Source: Planctomycetota bacterium (GTDB taxonomy: Bacteria > Planctomycetota > Planctomycetia > Planctomycetales > Planctomycetaceae). From it: a DNA stretch of 49,773 nt. Shown here piece by piece: positions 44,001 through 49,773 of this stretch. The stretch covers positions 1 to 49,773 of the forward strand of contig JANOZG010000143.1 in the NCBI GenBank assembly GCA_031429275.1, written 5' to 3'. The notes beneath the pieces were generated by a model. That model made no database searches and was not told where the DNA came from. It saw only the letters and a program-made list of their open reading frames with translations. Position 1 is the first letter of the stretch; each line of letters starts with the position of its first letter. A program made the translations under genes and the position numbers.

Positions 44001-46166
44001 ATGACCAAACGTCGATTCTGGACTGCTGCTTCACTGATGACTCTGGCTTCCATCGCCATGATCGGAGTCGCAGTCAGCAGTCTTGAAACCGCCAGCGCTG
44101 GCTGGTGGATACTTCTGGTGGCAGCTGCGATCGGGCCAGGCAGTCTCTTTTGGTTGTGGCCGCGACAAGGCGACGTAGACCAGGAAATGCTGGCGTTGCG
44201 GGCAAAGATCTCCCGTGAACAGCAACAACTCTTCGAACAGCAGGAAGAGTTTGATCGGATTCGGTTGACATTAAAGTGTGATCTGGACTTTCGAGAAGAA
44301 CGATTGCAGGAACGTGAACGCGATTTGGCGTCGCGGTTTGCGAAGTTTCATGAATTCCTCGAATATCCTGCCGAAAACGTCCATGCAGAAAAGTCGTCTG
44401 GTGAACTGCAAAAGCTGACGGAGCAGGATCGCAGTGTTCGAAAGCTACTTGAGGCGGAAGCCGAACGAGTCTACGAAAAGATTCGTCGCAATGGTTATAC
44501 GGTCAGCGGCAAAGTCGATCTGGAATCGATTCGCATCGAAGCGATGAATCTGATCAAGCAGGTCGCAAAGATCTACAATCCGACAAGTCAGAATCCACTG
44601 CTGGAAACGAGCTTCGAGCAGCTCGCGCGAGCTGCCAGCCGCATCTGCCTGCACGTGCTGGTGCTGCTCGAACAACTTCCTGTGAGTGTGCAGCATTACA
44701 ACGCCAACAAGTTATATGGCTACATGCAGAAAGCGATCACGAGTTACGGTGTTTATCAAAAAGCATCGCCGTGGCTGAAATATCTATCACGAGGATTATA
44801 CGCGGGCAAGCTGGCCGCAGCGACGAATCCCGCGACGATCGGAGCGTGGTGGCTCGCAACGGAACTCGGCAAACGCGGTGCTCAGAAGGTCATTGAAAAC
44901 GTCGTCGATCGGCAAGCCATCGCAACTCTGCACGATCTTGTCACTGTGATCGGCGTGGAGGTTGCAGGCATCTATGGGACAGGTTTTCGCCAGCGTGATA
45001 CCGGATGGATTCTGGGTGCAGAACTGGTGGAGTTGGTACACAGTTTTCCAATGTCCGGAGAGAGCCTGCGAAACGGTTTAAGGCACGTCACCGGATTGCC
45101 GCTCCGCAGCGAATACGACCGGATTTATCTTTATCGATGTCTTGCCGATCACAGGTCGGCCGGACTGCATCTGGCGGACCCAGCCATGCTGCCTCGCGAA
45201 GAACGAGAAATCATCGCCAAACATCTGGAAGCATTTTTTACCAGTCATATTCACGGAGCCACAGAAGCCAATTTGAAGAAGTGGCGTGATGGCTTCGAAC
45301 AGCGTTTTGATCTGCGATTGACGCTTGACGGCATTCGCAAGTCGAAGTCTGATTCGGAACAAAATGAACTCCAACTGGCGTTAAATTCGCTCGCCAGCTT
45401 TTTGCAATCCGTGGCTGGTGTTTCAGTCACCGGCGCACTTCACGCGATGGCTGATATGAAGACGTCCCTGCGGCTGACGGATCCCGATCGTTCAGCCGTG
45501 ATCGCTGAGGCGTGTCGAGCGACAACCGGTCGGACCTTCGAGCCGCCAACCTTGGATCCTGCTTCGTCAATCACAAGCGATTTTCTGAGTGACCTGGCCA
45601 ACAGTTGCACAGTGTCAGAACATCCCGATGAACAAGTCGAACAACTCGCCTGCGAAGTCAGTCGATACTTCCGTCGCGCAGCGCAGGATATGCAGAACTC
45701 CCTTGACGCTGCCTGGCGGTTTCGAGTCAAAAAGCATGCTACAAGCCTCACAGCCTGCGATCATTTGAACGGCAAGCTGGCCCGGGGCTTTTTTGAATTG
45801 CGGAAAGACCATGAACAATTGGCGTTTTGCTACGGTGACCTCAGCCAGGTTTCGGGTGATGCTGCCGAACCGTTGCCGGATACGTGGCTGCTCGGACTTG
45901 AACTGACGAGCCCGTCTGATCGTCGAGTTATCGCGATCGAATGTAGTCGCGGGCCGCGAATTTTATGGGAATCTACCTGTCCGCTCAAAACGTCGCGAAC
46001 GAAAGGCGTGTTTTTGGATGACGCCAGAATTTCCGGCGGGAAGTGGACGGAAGCGACAGTCGCTGGTTCTCAAACGTCCGAACTTGCGGTCGCTGGAAGT
46101 CTGCGAGGCGGCCGTTTTCGTACGTATTTCAAGGATTTGTTGACCTATTCTGAACCAATACAGTGA
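44001..46166 (+). CDS. Membrane-anchored coiled-coil protein, hypothetical (721 aa)
   Basis: It has two N-terminal TM helices and an E/R/Q-rich coiled coil at residues 60-170. A large helical domain follows, with an internal amphipathic/hydrophobic stretch (ATNPATIGAWWLATELG). I recognised no family motif. Confidence 0.7.
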   Translation: MTKRRFWTAASLMTLASIAMIGVAVSSLETASAGWWILLVAAAIGPGSLFWLWPRQGDVDQEMLALRAKISREQQQLFEQQEEFDRIRLTLKCDLDFREERLQERERDLASRFAKFHEFLEYPAENVHAEKSSGELQKLTEQDRSVRKLLEAEAERVYEKIRRNGYTVSGKVDLESIRIEAMNLIKQVAKIYNPTSQNPLLETSFEQLARAASRICLHVLVLLEQLPVSVQHYNANKLYGYMQKAITSYGVYQKASPWLKYLSRGLYAGKLAAATNPATIGAWWLATELGKRGAQKVIENVVDRQAIATLHDLVTVIGVEVAGIYGTGFRQRDTGWILGAELVELVHSFPMSGESLRNGLRHVTGLPLRSEYDRIYLYRCLADHRSAGLHLADPAMLPREEREIIAKHLEAFFTSHIHGATEANLKKWRDGFEQRFDLRLTLDGIRKSKSDSEQNELQLALNSLASFLQSVAGVSVTGALHAMADMKTSLRLTDPDRSAVIAEACRATTGRTFEPPTLDPASSITSDFLSDLANSCTVSEHPDEQVEQLACEVSRYFRRAAQDMQNSLDAAWRFRVKKHATSLTACDHLNGKLARGFFELRKDHEQLAFCYGDLSQVSGDAAEPLPDTWLLGLELTSPSDRRVIAIECSRGPRILWESTCPLKTSRTKGVFLDDARISGGKWTEATVAGSQTSELAVAGSLRGGRFRTYFKDLLTYSEPIQ

Positions 46167-46410
46167 CAGTCGAATTTTCCCGCGCTTGAAAATCCGGAAT
46201 TATCGACCCAATTTGCCAGCCGTGGCAGTCGATAAGGAGAGAGCTTGTTCTGGCGGCTGCAGGGCTGTAAGTTGTTCGATGGCAAGCCTTTATCGGCACA
46301 GATTGCCGGTTCGTTCGTCTTGACAATCACAGCGCAGAAGCCATACCTTCCCACCACTGTTCGGGCCGTGCCTGAATCGTAAGATCTACAGCAGCGAATG
46401 GAGTCGCTTC

Positions 46411-47628
46411 ATGTCCGTCACTCAGTCACACGCTCACACAACGGAATCGTCCCAGCCGATTCCATTTATCGATCTGGTTGCTCAGTACCAGACGATTCGA
46501 AGTGAAGTTCGCGATGCCGTTGATCGATGCTTCGAAAATCAAAGCTTCATTCTGGGTGAAGAAGTCGCGATGCTGGAACAGGAAATCGCAGCCTACTGCG
46601 ATTCTCGGTATGCCATCGGCTGTGCTTCTGGCACCGATGCGTTGATCCTGGCATTGCTGGCCGCCGGCGTGAAGCCCGGCGACGAAGTTATCACCAGCCC
46701 ATTCACATTCTTTGCATCCGCCGGTGCCATTCATCGCGTAGGTGCGATTCCAGTACTAGTCGACATCGAGCCTGACAGCTTCAACATCTGCCCTGAACAA
46801 GTCGAACGTGCCATCACATCGAAGACATCAGCCATCATGCCTGTTCACATCTTCGGCCAGTGTGCCGAAATGGAGCCACTGTGGCGATTGTCGGCTGCTC
46901 ATGCGATTCCAATTATTGAAGACGCAGCACAAGCCATCGGTGCCGAATATCAGGGTCGCCGAGCTGGCGTACTGGGTTCGATAGGCTGTTTCAGCTTCTT
47001 CCCTACCAAAAATCTGGGTGGTGCTGGCGATGGCGGCATCATGACCACGGACAATCCTGAAATCGCCGAACGCCTGAAACGTCTGCGAGTTCACGGAGAC
47101 AAAGGCGGATACAATCACGTCGAAGTCGGATACAACAGCCGACTTGATGCACTTCAAGCGGCCGTGCTCCGTGTCAAGCTGCGGCATTTAGATGCATGGA
47201 CCGCAGGCAGAACTCGCAATGCCGCTCGATACCAGGAAATGATTTCAGCACGCGGCCTGACGGATGCCATTACACTTCCGAGTGTGTTGCCAGATCGTCG
47301 TCACGTCTTCAATCAGTTTACAACACGCATTACCGGCGGACGCCGTGACGCGGTGATCAAATCTATGAAGGAACAGCAGATCGGCTGTGCGGTCTACTAT
47401 CCAATTCCGCTGCACATGCAGGAATGCTTCCAGTATCTGGGTTACGAAAAGGGCGATTTGCCTGAAGCGGAACGTGCTTCTGCAGAGGTGCTGTCACTTC
47501 CGATCTACACCGAACTGCCGGAAGCCCATCTGGACCGAATCGTAGAAGGTTTGAGCAACGCACTTGGAGGCCAGTCTACAATCGCATTCCCAGCCGCGAC
47601 ACCAATTCCACAGCGTCGAGCGGCCTGA
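46411..47628 (+). CDS. DegT/DnrJ/EryC1/StrS-family PLP-dependent sugar aminotransferase
   Basis: 405 aa, with GGAG 9 nt upstream. Motifs include IPFIDLVAQY, FILGEEVAMLEQEIAAYC, GTDAL and FSFFPTKNLGGAGDGG (PLP Lys). Confidence 0.9.
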   Translation: MSVTQSHAHTTESSQPIPFIDLVAQYQTIRSEVRDAVDRCFENQSFILGEEVAMLEQEIAAYCDSRYAIGCASGTDALILALLAAGVKPGDEVITSPFTFFASAGAIHRVGAIPVLVDIEPDSFNICPEQVERAITSKTSAIMPVHIFGQCAEMEPLWRLSAAHAIPIIEDAAQAIGAEYQGRRAGVLGSIGCFSFFPTKNLGGAGDGGIMTTDNPEIAERLKRLRVHGDKGGYNHVEVGYNSRLDALQAAVLRVKLRHLDAWTAGRTRNAARYQEMISARGLTDAITLPSVLPDRRHVFNQFTTRITGGRRDAVIKSMKEQQIGCAVYYPIPLHMQECFQYLGYEKGDLPEAERASAEVLSLPIYTELPEAHLDRIVEGLSNALGGQSTIAFPAATPIPQRRAA

Positions 47629-47684
47629 ATTTTCTCAAATCGAACCAGTCTGCCGTCTTTGTGTCTGTTCCGGTTGAGTCGTCG

Positions 47685-47713
47685 TTGACACGACTCAAGG
47701 ATCGCAATAGCAT
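47685..47713 (+). promoter_or_regulatory. Sigma70-type promoter of tRNA-Ser
   Basis: TTGACA (47685-47690), a 17-nt spacer, then TAGCAT (47708-47713). The tRNA 5' end lies 8 nt downstream. The -35 box sits in the loop and 3' arm of a 9-bp hairpin (47674-47698). Confidence 0.5.
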
Positions 47714-47720
47714 CCGCCCC

Positions 47721-47805
47721 GGAGAGATGGCAGAGTGGCCGATTGCACCGGTCTTGAAAACCGGCGTGCCGCAAGGTACCGGGAGTTCGAATCTCCCTCT
47801 CTCCG
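47721..47805 (+). tRNA. tRNA-Ser (anticodon UGA), class II with a long variable arm; CCA is not encoded
   Basis: Acceptor stem GGAGAGA/TCTCTCC and D stem GCA/TGC. The anticodon arm is CCGGT-CTTGAAA-ACCGG. The variable arm is GTGCCGCAAGGTAC. The T arm is GGGAG-TTCGAAT-CTCCC and the discriminator is G. Confidence 0.95.
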
Positions 47806-47829
47806 CTCAAAAACGCAGTTCTCTGCTAG

Positions 47830-47865
47830 AATCTCGCTGTCAGGCCACGACAGCGAGATTTTTTA
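47830..47865 (+). terminator. Intrinsic terminator of tRNA-Ser
   Basis: AATCTCGCTGTC - AGGCCAC - GACAGCGAGATT forms a 12-bp stem that runs into a TTTTTT tract. Confidence 0.85.
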
Positions 47866-47892
47866 TGCGCTAAGGCTAACGTAGAAATGAAT

Positions 47893-48324
47893 TTACCTTA
47901 GCCAATCGACACACGCCTGAAGCGCTAGCCGATTTCGCTGGGATTCTTGGCCGAGAATCCCTCCCGGTCCGTCAATCGGTACACCTTGCGACTCGATCAA
48001 CAGGTCGTCGATCAATTCCCCGCCGTCAACAACGCTTGGCACGTCACCGATGATTACCTTTGTCCAGCGATCGGTCGCCGCCTTAAAGGTTTCATCTGGG
48101 CTGCATTCAGGCCGCCCAGGAAGTGCACTTCGATCTTGTATGCCGACTGCATCGCCCGCAACTGCCGCTCCTTCCCTGACGCTGGCATGAGCCACAAACG
48201 ATTCGAATTCCGCACTTTTCTTCTTTACTATTTCAATCTCCCTTGAACCAACTCCGGCACATCCAGACCGCTCTTTGGCTTCAGAACAACCAGATCCTGC
48301 GTCAAGTCCCCCATGCGCCTCCAT
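47893..48324 (-). pseudogene. Hypothetical ORF, possibly a remnant of a secreted-protein gene
   Basis: 143 aa. Only the segment AATDRWTKVIIGDVPSVVDGGELIDDLLIESQGVPIDGPGGILGQ looks like a conserved protein block. It is reminiscent of bacterial leishmanolysin-like or adhesin-associated domains. The similarity then stops abruptly, and the N-terminal third looks non-protein-like. Confidence 0.3.
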
Positions 48325-48410
48325 GAACCATAACGTCCTTTATGGTTCACAAGCTGGCGAACAATCGCAAGTCCTAATCGGCATGAAGACATGCCGTTGC
48401 GCCGACAGAC

Positions 48411-48944
48411 TTATAACAAGGTCTGGTGCCTTTCTTTCGGAGGCCAGAAAACTTCGAGGACGAGCCACATCGCGTCAAGAGTTGTCTGCAACTTTTTTCT
48501 CACTGCGAGGCCATTCGACTCGGCTTCGGAAGGCGCAATTGGGTGCTCTTCCTCAACGTCGTTCAGAACGCCGAACATTTGTCCGTCCAGATACAGCTTG
48601 AAGAGACCGTCGAAGAACGATCGCACTTGACGGTATTCTGGCGTGGCCTTGTCTGGATCTCTGTCGTAGTGAAGAAAGATCGAATCTCGCGGTTTATATG
48701 GTTCGTCCGTGAGTCGAGCCAGGAAACTGCCGCCATCAATCGGACGATCGGCTGGCATTGTCGCTCGTCCCGATTCCGCGAATGTTGGCAGAAAATCACT
48801 GAATTCGATCAGGTCGTCACAAACGTGGCCGCCCTGAATCTTGTCTTTCCACCAGACCAGCATTGGCGCATGTACTCCTACATCCAGGGGCAAGCCCTTG
48901 CCGCCAATGACATTCCTCCAGCGGCTTCTGGCTGATGAAATCAA
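48411..48944 (-). pseudogene. C-terminal fragment of an arylsulfatase-A-family sulfatase. The N-terminal catalytic half, including the CxPxR site, is missing.
   Basis: GGKGLPLDVGVHAPMLVWWKDKIQGGHVCDDLIEFSDFLPTFAE...IDGGSFL...RKKLQTTLDAM matches the C-terminal subdomain pattern of sulfatases. The frame is closed by a TAG three codons upstream of the TTG at 48944. Confidence 0.7.
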
Positions 48945-49641
48945 TGGCCGCTAATGCGGTCCTCATGCTCCACTTCGCCCTTTGTGCTGTGATGGCGAAA
49001 GGTGATAACCGGGCTGTTGTTTTCGCGATCCACAGAAACCGACAAGAATCCGCCGATGACTTTCATGTATTTGTGGTATTCCGGCATGAAATCATCTTTC
49101 TTCCAGCCGCCGGCGTGTTCATCGCTGGCTGGACCGACAGAGTATTCGCGGAGTTGCGTCGTGGGATCGACAGACGCATACTGCCAATGACGATCGCCGC
49201 AGATCACGAATGCATTTTTCTGTGAAGCCAGCAGGCTGCGAATCTCGGCACCTTCGTGTGCGAATCCGGCATTCGCGTGGTTGTCTTTCTTTGATGGTCG
49301 ATCAGGGCCAACAACGGGTGTTGGGCTGATCAGGATTTTGAATGTCGCGTCGGACTGTTCCAAAGACTTCCGAAACCAGTCCTTCTGCTCCGCTCCCCAA
49401 ATGGTCTTTTCCGGTCCGTCAGGATCTGTATTCGGGCTGCGAAAGTCGCGTCCTTCGACCATCCACACCTGCAGATCTTTTCCCCAGCGGCGCGTTCTCC
49501 AGGTATGCTCGCCCATCGGCACTTGTTCCAGAAACACGGCCTGACCCTGCTGAAACGTGAATTCGTGCATGAACTTCGATTTCATGGAAGGCCAGCAATC
49601 GTTGCGCCATGTGTCGTGATCATCCTTAATGAAATAGCTGC
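48941..49641 (-). pseudogene. 5'-truncated PhoD-like metallophosphatase fragment
   Basis: The track ORF 48941..49585 contains VICGDRHWQYASVDP and GPASDEHAGG. The conserved in-frame sequence HVSSYFIKDDHDTWRNDCWPS continues upstream of the first Met. Beyond about 49642 it degenerates into an Arg-rich translation with no protein-like character. The N-terminal metal-binding motifs are absent. Confidence 0.65.
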
Positions 49642-49773
49642 TGACGTGGCGGTGAAAGTCAACGTCTGCGTTTCGTTGGCGGCACCGCTGCCGATGCCGG
49701 CGAGGTTCACCGTTTGCTGTCCCGCGTCTTCCAGGATCGCCGCTGGATTGGCAATCGCCGTCAACGTCGGCGC
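49642..49773 (-). pseudogene. Fragment of a cadherin-like repeat adhesin gene, open to the window edge. It is joined out of frame to the PhoD-like fragment.
   Basis: The frame of track ORF 49582..49764 is open from 49773. It reads APTLTAIANPAAILEDAGQQTVNLAGIGSGAANETQTLTFTATS. This is the stereotyped ILEDAG..TV.L.GI..G..E.Q.L..TA.S repeat seen in giant adhesins. Meaningful sequence ends at about 49642. Confidence 0.55.

Noticed and set aside
1-49773. CRISPR arrays, rRNA genes, IS elements, integrases, prophage modules
   Set aside because: I looked for regularly spaced direct repeats, rRNA-like conserved stretches, and transposase or integrase motifs in all listed ORFs, and found none. The only repeated elements are the palindromes reported above.

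Overview
This is a 49.8-kb chromosomal segment. Its gene content suggests a Planctomycetota (Planctomycetaceae-like) genome: giant Sec-dependent adhesins, sulfatase and PhoD fragments, CehA/McbA-type PHP hydrolases, a Uma2 nuclease, and long GC-rich intergenic palindromes. That assignment is inference only; no search was possible. I call about 37 protein-coding genes, one tRNA-Ser(UGA) with its own promoter and terminator, several intrinsic terminators and REP-like palindromes, and four gene remnants. Recognisable housekeeping genes are cimA, ndk, carA, an icd-like dehydrogenase, tsaC/sua5, a glutathione peroxidase, a LOG-family protein, a DegT-type aminotransferase, a UxaA-family dehydratase and an LptD-like outer-membrane protein. 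Two edge-truncated reading frames are missing from the supplied ORF track. One is a 3.9-kb inverse-autotransporter adhesin gene at the left edge; the other is an adhesin-repeat frame at the right edge. The observations most worth follow-up are these. (1) A 25-codon, 28%-isoleucine leader ORF with terminator/antiterminator hairpins sits immediately upstream of citramalate synthase, which looks like ribosome-mediated Ile attenuation. (2) A two-gene module appears to compress a PilM-N-O-P alignment complex into a PilM-PilN fusion and a PilO-Ig-PilP-like fusion. (3) A divergent full-length Hsp90/HtpG paralog lies next to an 877-aa TPR-like protein with a poly-acidic tail. (4) A type Ve (intimin-like) barrel carries a parallel beta-helix passenger. 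(5) A run of four unrelated, same-strand gene fragments abuts the tRNA-Ser. (6) There are several very long GC-rich palindromes, one family of which is present in two copies. I recognised no CRISPR array, rRNA, transposase, integrase or transcription factor.
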